Shown here: positions 41,309-49,763 of the stretch, one piece after another | How positions within the stretch are numbered: position 1 is the first letter of the stretch | Layout of the letters: the number at the start of each line of letters is the position of its first letter | From: an uncultured Lactobacillaceae bacterium | GTDB taxonomy: Bacteria; Bacillota; Bacilli; Lactobacillales; Lactobacillaceae | Direction of reading: 5' to 3' | Assembly (NCBI GenBank): GCA_945273735.1 | Contig: CALYPJ010000007.1 | Location: 4,970 to 68,969 of the forward strand | Length of the DNA: 64,000 nucleotides | Notes under the pieces: model-generated | Database searches by the model: none | What the model saw: the letters and a program-made list of their open reading frames with translations, nothing else | What the model was told of the DNA's origin: nothing | Made by a program: the position numbers and the translations under genes

Positions 41309-42619
41309 TTGACGGAAATAGCAAATCCAATCAAAGAAATTCCAATAGTTAACGATTTAAAAGAAAAAAGGGAAGTCCTTTGGATTAATCCAGATTATCA
41401 AAAAAAGGCGCAATTTCCATTAGGGCAAGCTGACATATTTGATGCTGAAGCTCGTTTTGAGAGATTTGCCCCTTATTTTATGACAGCATTTCCTGAAACA
41501 ATTACAAACAAGGGTATTTTAGAATCACCTTTAACTTCGATTAATAAAATGAAAAAAGCCATCACAAATTATGATGACTACGATCTAACTGGTAATTTAT
41601 ACCTAAAAGAAGATAATCAGTTACCAATTTCAGGTTCGATCAAGTCACGAGGTGGAATTTATGAAGTTCTCAAAATAGCTGAGACAATTGCAATTAACTC
41701 GGGAAAGTTAGCTTATTTAGATAGTTACGATATTTTATATAATTCGGAATTTAAAGAACTATTTAGCCATTATGGAATTTCTGTAGGCTCAACTGGAAAT
41801 TTGGGATTGAGTATCGGAATTGTAGCAGCTAAACTAGGTTTTAAAGTAACCGTACACATGTCGCAGGAAGCTAAATCTTGGAAAAAACAACTTCTGAGAG
41901 AAAAAGGAGTGGAAGTTATTGAATATTCAGGGAGCTTTACTACAGCGATTGACGCAGGAAGACAAAAAGCTGCTCTTGATCCAAAAATGTACTTTATTGA
42001 CGATGAAGGAAGTTATGACTTATTTTTAGGTTACGCTACGGCTGCAATTCGGCTCCAAAAACAGTTAAAAGATCAAAAAATTGTAATTAATCAAGATCAC
42101 CCTTTATTTGTTTATTTACCAGCTGGGGTAGGGGGATCTCCTAGTGGTGTAACCTTTGGCTTAAAATTACTGTTTGGTTCAAATGTGCATACAATTTTTG
42201 CAGAACCAACTCATATTCCTTCCGTGTTATTAGGGATGGCCACAGGATTAAATGAGAAAATTTCAGTCTATGATTTGGGACTAGATGGTAAAACAGAAGC
42301 TGACGGCTTAGCAGTTGGCCGACCATCACGAATCGCAGGAAAAATGATGAAAACTCTTTTATTAGGCATTAGCACGTTTAATGATAATCGCATTTTAGCC
42401 TATACGACGCAACTAAAGGACACTGAGGGAATTAAAGTAGAGCCTTCAGCTACTGCTGGTTTCGCAGCTTTGCATCAAAGTCAATCATATTTAAATCAAC
42501 ATTATCCAATGAAAAATGCAACTCATATTGTTTGGGCAACTGGCGGGATGCTAGTACCAGATACAGAATATGAGGAAGTTTATCAACGCGGGAAAGCAGT
42601 TATTCAAAATGGCAGCTAA
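41309..42619 (+). CDS. dsdA: D-serine ammonia-lyase (PLP-dependent)
   Basis: LPISGSIKSRGGIYEV, GSTGNLGLSIG, PAGVGGSP, ADGLAVGRPS, HIVWATGG; TTG 41309 follows a GAGGA SD. Confidence 0.94.
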   Translation: MTEIANPIKEIPIVNDLKEKREVLWINPDYQKKAQFPLGQADIFDAEARFERFAPYFMTAFPETITNKGILESPLTSINKMKKAITNYDDYDLTGNLYLKEDNQLPISGSIKSRGGIYEVLKIAETIAINSGKLAYLDSYDILYNSEFKELFSHYGISVGSTGNLGLSIGIVAAKLGFKVTVHMSQEAKSWKKQLLREKGVEVIEYSGSFTTAIDAGRQKAALDPKMYFIDDEGSYDLFLGYATAAIRLQKQLKDQKIVINQDHPLFVYLPAGVGGSPSGVTFGLKLLFGSNVHTIFAEPTHIPSVLLGMATGLNEKISVYDLGLDGKTEADGLAVGRPSRIAGKMMKTLLLGISTFNDNRILAYTTQLKDTEGIKVEPSATAGFAALHQSQSYLNQHYPMKNATHIVWATGGMLVPDTEYEEVYQRGKAVIQNGS

Positions 42620-42629
42620 TTAGAATAAC

Positions 42630-42665
42630 AAAAAACCAATGTTCTTTTACCAACATTGGTTTTTT
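42630..42665. terminator. Bidirectional terminator between dsdA and the ClbS-like gene
   Basis: AAAAAACCAATGTT-N8-AACATTGGTTTTTT. Confidence 0.85.
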
Positions 42666-42675
42666 GTTTTATTAC

Positions 42676-43209
42676 TTAACTTAATGATTTTTTGTATTTT
42701 CTTAGCTTCTTTAATGCCCAATCATAATGGCTGGAAGTATTAGCAATAAAATAGATTCCTAGAGCATTATTTCCAGTCCAGGGGAAAACCCCTTTATTAA
42801 ATAACTCGTCATTAGAGAACGTTTCAAGTAAAGCCATAGTTTGTTGATGAGATTCAGCTAAAAGTTCTTCGGCTTCTTGAAGTGAGGTGTTTTGGTGCTT
42901 CTCCCAGAATTCGAGATTCATTTTTCCATAGTTCCGCCAGTTAATTCCATCAGGTAAAAACTCCTGGGATTTACCAGCTTGATTATTTTTAACCCACTTT
43001 AATAATAATTCCTGCCATTCATATAAGTGAATTAACACATCGCGAACATTGTGATCTCTTTGCCAATGGGCTTCCTTTAATTTACTCGTATCAAATGTGA
43101 AATCAGCTTCACGGGCTGCAGGGGGCAATGATGCGATTAAATCAGTTATTTTTTGATAGTTTACATTACTTGCCTCAATAAGTTCATTTTTTGAAGTTGG
43201 TCTTGCCAT
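42676..43209 (-). CDS. ClbS/DfsB family (DUF1706) four-helix bundle protein
   Basis: MARPTSKNEL start, RDVLIHLYEWQ.LLL.W, NWRNYG, FSNDELF, WTG, NTSSHYDWA.KKLRK pattern. Confidence 0.88.
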   Translation of the reverse strand: MARPTSKNELIEASNVNYQKITDLIASLPPAAREADFTFDTSKLKEAHWQRDHNVRDVLIHLYEWQELLLKWVKNNQAGKSQEFLPDGINWRNYGKMNLEFWEKHQNTSLQEAEELLAESHQQTMALLETFSNDELFNKGVFPWTGNNALGIYFIANTSSHYDWALKKLRKYKKSLS

Positions 43210-43246
43210 TTTTGATTTCCTTTCTTATAATTCAAACCATGATTAT

Positions 43247-43277
43247 ATTATGAACTCTACCATTAGGGTAGAGTCAA
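43247..43277 (-). promoter_or_regulatory. MerR-type promoter/operator driving the ClbS-like gene
   Basis: Minus strand TTGACT-(19 nt)-CATAAT, with the perfect dyad ACTCTACC-N5-GGTAGAGT (43254-43274) overlapping the -35 and spacer. Confidence 0.85.
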
Positions 43278-43314
43278 GAATATTACAATTTTTCAGAAGG
43301 AAGGTTTTGTTTAG

Positions 43315-44130
43315 ATGCTGAGAATTGGAGAATTCTCCAAGTTAACCGGTTTGAGTATTAGAGCTCTTCATTATTATGAACATTTATCCTTACTAAATCC
43401 TGCAAAAATTGATCTTAAGTCAAATTATCGTTATTATTCGGCTTCTCAGATTAAAATTGCTAATCAAATTAAAAACCTGCAAGATATTGGATTTTCACTT
43501 CAAGATATTAAAGAAATTTTAGAAAATCCAAATTCAAATAATATTCAAAAGAAAATTGATCGTCGTCAGCAAGAAATTCAGCAACAACTATTTAAATTAA
43601 GCCAGCAGCAAAGATTATTAACTAAAATTGTTAAAAAAGACGAAATTCTTTCCAAATATCACGTTACTATCAAGAAAATTCCACAAAGAAACGTAATTTC
43701 TCTTCGACAGAAAGTTAGTAATGCCCAAGGAGAGCACAAACTATGGAATCAGCTTTGGTTGGAAAAGCAACAACAAGAAATCCAATTAGCTCAACAAGCC
43801 TGGCCAATGACCATTTTCCATGAATTCGATAAAGTTAATAGCGATATCGAGGTTCAGCTGAGTATTCAAGGAATACGAAAGAATACAAACACTATAAAGT
43901 TCAATGAACTGCCAGAAGTTCAATTAGCTACAGCCACGTTTGACGGAGATTATCAACAAATGCCAGAAGTTATGGCAGTTTTGGCACATTGGATTGAAGA
44001 TCATAAATATATAGTTTCTGGTCCGGCAGTTAATATTTTCACTTGTTCTCCTGCTCAAAGCGCAAATTCAAATGATTGGGTTACGACGACTGGGATTCCA
44101 ATTAAAGAGACCATTCCAGGCATAATATAA
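43315..44130 (+). CDS. MerR-family regulator with C-terminal GyrI-like effector domain (BmrR/BltR-like)
   Basis: MLRIGEFSKLTGLSIRALHYYE...NYRYY HTH, coiled coil, then ATATFDGDY...HWIEDHKY...GP GyrI-like pattern. Confidence 0.92.
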   Translation: MLRIGEFSKLTGLSIRALHYYEHLSLLNPAKIDLKSNYRYYSASQIKIANQIKNLQDIGFSLQDIKEILENPNSNNIQKKIDRRQQEIQQQLFKLSQQQRLLTKIVKKDEILSKYHVTIKKIPQRNVISLRQKVSNAQGEHKLWNQLWLEKQQQEIQLAQQAWPMTIFHEFDKVNSDIEVQLSIQGIRKNTNTIKFNELPEVQLATATFDGDYQQMPEVMAVLAHWIEDHKYIVSGPAVNIFTCSPAQSANSNDWVTTTGIPIKETIPGII

Positions 44131-44143
44131 AGGTCTCTTTTTT
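44104..44143 (+). terminator. merR terminator overlapping the last codons
   Basis: AAAGAGACC...GGTCTCTTT followed by Ts. Confidence 0.6.
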
Positions 44144-44149
44144 GTCTTT

Positions 44150-44177
44150 GGTTAACATAATATATATTATACGAAGT
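44150..44177 (-). other. dif: dif site (XerC/XerD chromosome dimer resolution site)
   Basis: Minus strand ACTTCGTATAA-TATATA-TTATGTTAACC (11-6-11) matches the Firmicutes dif pattern; gene-strand bias flips around it. Confidence 0.92.
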
Positions 44178-44394
44178 AAGAGTCAAATTAGCAAATTTAT
44201 TTCAGCCCTATTGCCCAATATAACTTAAAATATTTTGGTTTAATTCTTTTTATTCTCATGGATTATCAACCTAATTAATTATCTTGTTTTTTTGATTAGC
44301 ATATTTTACTTTATTTAACTTCAATGGAGAACTATCTATGTTATTTGTTCTACCCTGCATTAGAATGAAGATGGTGACACTTATTCACCTATTC

Positions 44395-44850
44395 ATAAGC
44401 TAAAGCACCCAAAGTTGCAGAATATTATCTTTTATTCGAGATTTGGAACTTTAATATAGCTATTTAATAATTTAGAAAACTCCTTTTGAATTTTAAGTAG
44501 TAAATTTCTATTAACTACCCCACTACCAATAACCACATTATCAGGTCTTATAATCATAGTTTGCTGAATTACTGCTTGAGCTAAATAATATGCTATAATA
44601 TCCCAAATTGGATGATCTTTTGGAACTTTAGGTCCAGATATACCTCACCTTTTATCAAAATTAGGTTCAGATACTAAAACTTCTAAACAATCATGATGAT
44701 ATGGACAAATACCAGAGAAATCTTTGTCATCAGGGTGTCTCTTTAAAAAAAGTATGCCCCATTTCTGGATGTCCAATTTCTTGTTAAATTGTACCATGAA
44801 TAACTGCTCTACCACCAACTTCAGTTCCAACCTATAGTAAATCAAAGAAT
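44395..44850 (-). pseudogene. scrK: Fructokinase (ROK family, ScrK-like) pseudogene fragment
   Basis: Broken frames read VGTEVGG..*..GHPEMGH, KRHPDDKDFSGICPYHHDCLE..* and HPIWDIIAYYLAQA; N-terminal half missing. Confidence 0.85.
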
Positions 44851-44907
44851 GATTTTTTTAAAATAGTAGTTATTTTATTTAATTAAAAATTTATCAAGAA
44901 TTGAAAA

Positions 44908-45129
44908 TTAAAATAGTGATATCTGCTTATCATTTTCTTGTTTTTCATTTTTTTTAATTGAAATACTAGCAGTTGGAACAAAAGGATAATGTCCAGTTCT
45001 AACTATTTCTTTTAGAAGAATATTAAAAGAACTTGTTAGAGTTAAACCCATATTTTTTAAAAGAACTTCTGCATTCTTTTTTAATTCCGCATCAATTTTC
45101 ATATTAATATTAACTTTTTTGGAATTCAT
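44908..45129 (-). CDS. RelB/DinJ-family antitoxin-like ribbon-helix-helix protein
   Basis: INMKIDAELKKNAEVLLKNMGLTLTSSFNILL...GHYPF pattern; AAAAGGA SD. Confidence 0.82.
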   Translation of the reverse strand: MNSKKVNINMKIDAELKKNAEVLLKNMGLTLTSSFNILLKEIVRTGHYPFVPTASISIKKNEKQENDKQISLF

Positions 45130-45214
45130 GATTTAAGACTTCCTTTTTTCTTTATTTTACCATATTCATATATAATTAATGAGGATTATAATTAAAATGA
45201 AAAGGAGTATTGAA

Positions 45215-46225
45215 ATGAAAGTTATTAGCGGTGGCTATACTAAAAAAAACAGTAAAGGAATATATTTAAGTAATTATGATTCCAAATTTAAAAAAGTAGG
45301 TGATCCAAATTTAATAATTAATGTTGAAAATCCAACATATCTTGCAATTTTTGATCAAACTATCATTAGTATAATTAAAGAAAATGGAAAAGGTGGAATA
45401 GCATGCTATGAATTTGATAATAATCAAAAAAAGTACACTAAAATTTCTGAATTAGTTTATGATCAAACTCCACCTGCATATGTTGCAGTAAATCCTGAAC
45501 ATAATTTAATTTTTGATGCTAATTATCACGCTGGATCAATTAATCTCTATAGTTTGTCCAATAAGGGAAAAATTGAATTACTTGATCAATATAGCAATAC
45601 CGGCAAAGGTATTAAACCTGAGCAAGATTCTTCTCATTTTCACTATGTTAATTTAACACCAGATGGGCGTTTAATTACGTGTGATTTAGGAACTGATGAG
45701 ATAATTCTATTTGATATTTCAAAAAGAAAACTAGATATATCTGAAAAAATTAAAGTTAATCTTGGATTTGGTCCAAGACATATAATTTTTCATCCAAATG
45801 GAAAATATTTTTATTGTGTTGGAGAATTAGGTAGTTCGGTCAAAGTATTTACTTATGGTAGTGAAATAAGAGAATTAGCAACTTATCCCACAATTCCATC
45901 ATCATTTACTGAATATAATGGTACTAGTGCTATTAAAATTGCAAAAAATGGTAAAAATCTTTATGTTGCTAATCGTGGATTTAATTCTATAATCGTTTTT
46001 AAAATCTTAAACCAAGGAGCAACTTTAGAAGAAATCCAAAATATTACAACTGGAGGGGATTTTCCAAGAGATTTTGCTTTAAATGATGATGAGAATGTAC
46101 TTTTGGTTGGTAATCAAAATTCAGATAATGGCACTTTATATCAGATTAAAGAAGATGGTACTTTGAAAGTAATCCAAGAAGACATCAAATTTCATGAACC
46201 TACTTTTGTTCAATTTCAAAAATAA
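45215..46225 (+). CDS. pgl: 6-phosphogluconolactonase (YkgB/Pgl beta-propeller)
   Basis: GGYTKK, NPTYL, ANYHAG, DLGTD, GFGPRH, GDFPRDF; ATG 45215 follows an AAGGAG SD. Confidence 0.9.
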   Translation: MKVISGGYTKKNSKGIYLSNYDSKFKKVGDPNLIINVENPTYLAIFDQTIISIIKENGKGGIACYEFDNNQKKYTKISELVYDQTPPAYVAVNPEHNLIFDANYHAGSINLYSLSNKGKIELLDQYSNTGKGIKPEQDSSHFHYVNLTPDGRLITCDLGTDEIILFDISKRKLDISEKIKVNLGFGPRHIIFHPNGKYFYCVGELGSSVKVFTYGSEIRELATYPTIPSSFTEYNGTSAIKIAKNGKNLYVANRGFNSIIVFKILNQGATLEEIQNITTGGDFPRDFALNDDENVLLVGNQNSDNGTLYQIKEDGTLKVIQEDIKFHEPTFVQFQK

Positions 46226-46244
46226 AATTAATAGTTTACAAAAA

Positions 46245-46296
46245 TGAAGTGCAACATCTAAATTAGATTATAAACCTAATAAAATAATGCACTTCA
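46245..46296. repeat. 52-bp TG...CA inverted-repeat element resembling fused IS3-family ends; probable bidirectional terminator
   Basis: TGAAGTGCA...TGCACTTCA ends, inner ATTAG/CTAAT pairing, flanked by A- and T-tracts. Confidence 0.5.
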
Positions 46297-46324
46297 TTTT
46301 TTTTATATTTTTATAAAATTCAAT

Positions 46325-47752
46325 TTAAGATTTCATTTGGGAGCGTATTTTTTTAAAATCAGCAATAATATCTAGCTTTAAAACAAAAGCAAGAATAATG
46401 GCTAATATTGTAATAAATATAGTTCTTATAACCAAATTGATAAACAAACTAAAGTGTAAAGGTAAAAAATAACCACTGACTAGAATGATTAAAAATATTA
46501 AAAAGCTTTTCCAACTCCCCTGAAAAAGATATCTTAAATTAAGATCTTTTCGACATAACCAAATAAATAATCCAAAAACTAAGCCTTCACAAAGGCAAAT
46601 TGTAAATGTTGCACCATCAGCTCCCCAATGAAATATTCCTAATACAATATAATTGGAGATTAACGATAGACCTGCAGCCAATAAAGTAGGTAAAGAATAG
46701 CGCACATATTTACCTTCTGCTAATAAATATTGATTGCTAAAAACGCCTCCTACTGGAATAAATACAACAATCATGGATGCAAAAAATAAATTATTAATAC
46801 TTGGATAATATCGTGGACCAGAATACCAAATCATGAAATCATGAGCATTTACCATTAAACCAGCAGCACAAAACAATGAAAGAATTAATGTGTATTGTAA
46901 AGATTTACGTAACAAATTCATCATTTTTTCTTTTGACTCTTTTGCTTCTAATTCAGCCAATTTTGGCATTAAAATTGAACTTGTAGATGCAATAATGGTA
47001 TAAACTGCAGTAATTAATACTTGTACCTGAGAATAATAAGAAAGTTCAACAGCATTGGATAAAATTTTTACTAAAGTTTGATCAAACGAAGTATAAACTT
47101 TTGTAGCAAGTAATGGAACAACAACAATTAAAGAAGATTTTAAGTATTTATTCTTAAAACTTAGATCCTTTAGTTTAATTCGTCTACCTAAATCTTTTTG
47201 CATACGAAAAAAGAAAATAATATTTGCTAGGTAGGTTACACTATTGATTAGAATATATATTCCCAAATCATTTTTATCGTGTACAAAAGCAAAAATGGCA
47301 ATAGTAATAATTACTTTAATTAAAGTATTTCTAATTATAACTTCTTTTGCTTCACCAGTACCCCAAAAATACCAGGATAGATCAAATACATAGCCTAAAA
47401 GATAAGGAATTTCCAATAAAAAATAATATTTAAAATCTAAAAATAATATAACAAAAATCACATAAGCTAAAATCGTAAAGATCCCAACATAAAATTGAAT
47501 TCCCCATAACTTAGTTATTTCGTCATAATACTGATCTTTATTACTACTAGCAATGACTTTTGGACCAATTTGAATCATTCCCATACCAATAAGTACACTT
47601 AAAAATAATGGAATTGAATTAATATAAGAATTGATGCCAATTTGTCTATTAGTAAATATTCTTTGAATATACGGTAGAGTGATAAAAGGCAAAATAACAT
47701 AAATTGCCTGATAAAGTCCGTTGTAAATTAAATTTTGAATAATTTTTTTCAT
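46325..47752 (-). CDS. wzx: Wzx-type polysaccharide/oligosaccharide flippase
   Basis: NLIYNGLYQ...LPFITLPY, DLSWYF.G, IIRNTLIK, LMPKLA; multi-TM. Confidence 0.85.
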   Translation of the reverse strand: MKKIIQNLIYNGLYQAIYVILPFITLPYIQRIFTNRQIGINSYINSIPLFLSVLIGMGMIQIGPKVIASSNKDQYYDEITKLWGIQFYVGIFTILAYVIFVILFLDFKYYFLLEIPYLLGYVFDLSWYFWGTGEAKEVIIRNTLIKVIITIAIFAFVHDKNDLGIYILINSVTYLANIIFFFRMQKDLGRRIKLKDLSFKNKYLKSSLIVVVPLLATKVYTSFDQTLVKILSNAVELSYYSQVQVLITAVYTIIASTSSILMPKLAELEAKESKEKMMNLLRKSLQYTLILSLFCAAGLMVNAHDFMIWYSGPRYYPSINNLFFASMIVVFIPVGGVFSNQYLLAEGKYVRYSLPTLLAAGLSLISNYIVLGIFHWGADGATFTICLCEGLVFGLFIWLCRKDLNLRYLFQGSWKSFLIFLIILVSGYFLPLHFSLFINLVIRTIFITILAIILAFVLKLDIIADFKKIRSQMKS

Positions 47753-47805
47753 AAAATAATCAGAAAAAAAGGCTAGGATTTAAATCTTGCCCTAACCCTT
47801 TTATC

Positions 47806-48723
47806 TTATTCCATTCCTTTAGTTAAGTTTGGAACAATTTGTTTCTTTCGAGAAACTATTCCTGGAAGATCAATTACGTGATCAATAAGTTTAGCATTAA
47901 ATGCTTTTTCCACAGCAGATTCATCTTTACCATAAAAAATTCCTTTAGAATTAGAATCAATGATATTAGTAACTACTAGCAAAATATCATCATAACCCTT
48001 ATCAATCATTTCTTTTTTAACATTATCCTTTAAAGATGACCGAGAAAGAACATCATTAACATCAACTGTATTAACTTGACCAATCCTAACTTTTCTGCCA
48101 TTCATTTCAAATGATTTAGCATCACCATCAATAATTTCATGATCAGAATGCTTATCAACATTAGTTCCGGCCTTTAACATGGTCAAACCATACTTTTTAT
48201 AATCAGATACTTCTGCTATTTTTGCTAAAGCTTCTACCGCCTGTCGATCCTCATCAGTTGTTGTTGGACTCTTCAATAATAACGTATCTGAAATTATAGC
48301 ACTTAACATGATTCCAGCAATGGGACTTGGAATTTCTAAATGAGCATTTTGATAAAGCTCAAACAAAATAGTAGAAGTACAACCGACTGGTTTAGCATAA
48401 TAATAAATAGGATCAGTTGTTTGAAAGTTAATTTTATGATGATCAATTACATGAGTAACTTTTATATCATTAAAGTTAGAAACAGATTGCTTTGCTTCAT
48501 TATGATCAACTAAAATAACTTCCTCTGTATCTGCTTTATTAATTACTCGTGGACACTTGAGATGAAAATAATTTAAAGCAAACCTTGTTTCATCGTTTGG
48601 ATTACCTAGAGCGACTGCTTCGGTTTCAATCCCCCGCCTTTTAAAGTATTCAGCGGCAGCAATTGCAGTGCCAATTGCATCAGTATCTGGATTTGCATGA
48701 CCAAAAACCAATTGTTTATTCAT
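47806..48723 (-). CDS. ppaC: Manganese-dependent inorganic pyrophosphatase
   Basis: FGHANPDTDAI, LVDHNE, DHH, SDTLLLKSPTT, SRKKQIVP. Confidence 0.97.
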   Translation of the reverse strand: MNKQLVFGHANPDTDAIGTAIAAAEYFKRRGIETEAVALGNPNDETRFALNYFHLKCPRVINKADTEEVILVDHNEAKQSVSNFNDIKVTHVIDHHKINFQTTDPIYYYAKPVGCTSTILFELYQNAHLEIPSPIAGIMLSAIISDTLLLKSPTTTDEDRQAVEALAKIAEVSDYKKYGLTMLKAGTNVDKHSDHEIIDGDAKSFEMNGRKVRIGQVNTVDVNDVLSRSSLKDNVKKEMIDKGYDDILLVVTNIIDSNSKGIFYGKDESAVEKAFNAKLIDHVIDLPGIVSRKKQIVPNLTKGME

Positions 48724-48730
48724 GAAAAAA

Positions 48731-49687
48731 TTATTTCCTTCCTGCTAACTCATCTAAACGAGTTATAAAATTTTTCTTATTTAAGTATAACTCAAACTTT
48801 TCAAGAAATTCTTGAATTATTGAAACCTTTAATTTATTTTTACGATAAATTAATGAAACATCGAACTTAATTGCAGGATTAAAGTGATAAATATAAATCT
48901 TCTTATCCTTTAAAAAAGGTAAACAAATGTCTGGAATAGCAGCAATAGTGTTGGTTCTTTCAGCAAAAAGCAAAATATTGGCTACTTGTGAAAACCTGGC
49001 AGCAAAATCAGGTGCATAAATATTTTGCCTATGATATTCTTCAGAAATTAATCGACTTAAATAATAACCTTCTGGATAACCTACCCACCTATATTTTCTA
49101 GCTTCTTCCAAACTAATTTTATTTCCATCTTTTAATTCATAAGGAGAAGCTAAAATTAATTCACTGCGACATAATTTAACCGTTTTATATTGCTTGAGGT
49201 GAGATAATGATTTATCTGGTAAATACGTAAACAGTATATCAACTGCATCCATTTCTAATTGGGATCTAAGACTATACTGTAAAATTGAATTAACATTAAA
49301 ATCAACTTGCGGTTTTTTCTTTTTAAATTTTGCAATAAAATCAATTAAAACATTAGCTGGCATCGCTGAAATTACACCAATATTAATTTGATCGTGCTTG
49401 TGACAACTTACTTCTTTTATTTCATCATTAGCATCAGTAAAAATATTAGTTACTTTTTGCGTTGCATTTAAGAAAACTTCTCCCGCATGAGTTAAATGAA
49501 TTTTTTTACCTTCCATATAAAATAATGGAGTACCAACAATATCTTCAAGTTTTTTTATTTGCTGAGTTAAAGCAGGCTGGCTAATTCCTAATTCAGCTGC
49601 AGTTTTGGTATAACTCAAAGTATGAGCTAAAGCATTAAAATAACCGATGGATCTAACTAAAAAAGCACTGTCATTTTTTGAATTCAT
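48731..49687 (-). CDS. LysR-family transcriptional regulator
   Basis: SYTKTAAELGISQPALTQQIKKLE HTH plus substrate-binding domain. Confidence 0.93.
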   Translation of the reverse strand: MNSKNDSAFLVRSIGYFNALAHTLSYTKTAAELGISQPALTQQIKKLEDIVGTPLFYMEGKKIHLTHAGEVFLNATQKVTNIFTDANDEIKEVSCHKHDQINIGVISAMPANVLIDFIAKFKKKKPQVDFNVNSILQYSLRSQLEMDAVDILFTYLPDKSLSHLKQYKTVKLCRSELILASPYELKDGNKISLEEARKYRWVGYPEGYYLSRLISEEYHRQNIYAPDFAARFSQVANILLFAERTNTIAAIPDICLPFLKDKKIYIYHFNPAIKFDVSLIYRKNKLKVSIIQEFLEKFELYLNKKNFITRLDELAGRK

Positions 49688-49710
49688 TATTTTACTTTCT
49701 AAAAATTACT

Positions 49711-49752
49711 AAAAAACCACTTATTTAATTGTATACTTAAAGTGATTTTTTT
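49711..49752 (-). terminator. Probable pflA terminator
   Basis: AAAAAACCACTT...AAGTGATTTTTT imperfect stem. Confidence 0.55.
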
Positions 49753-49763
49753 AAAATAAATTT

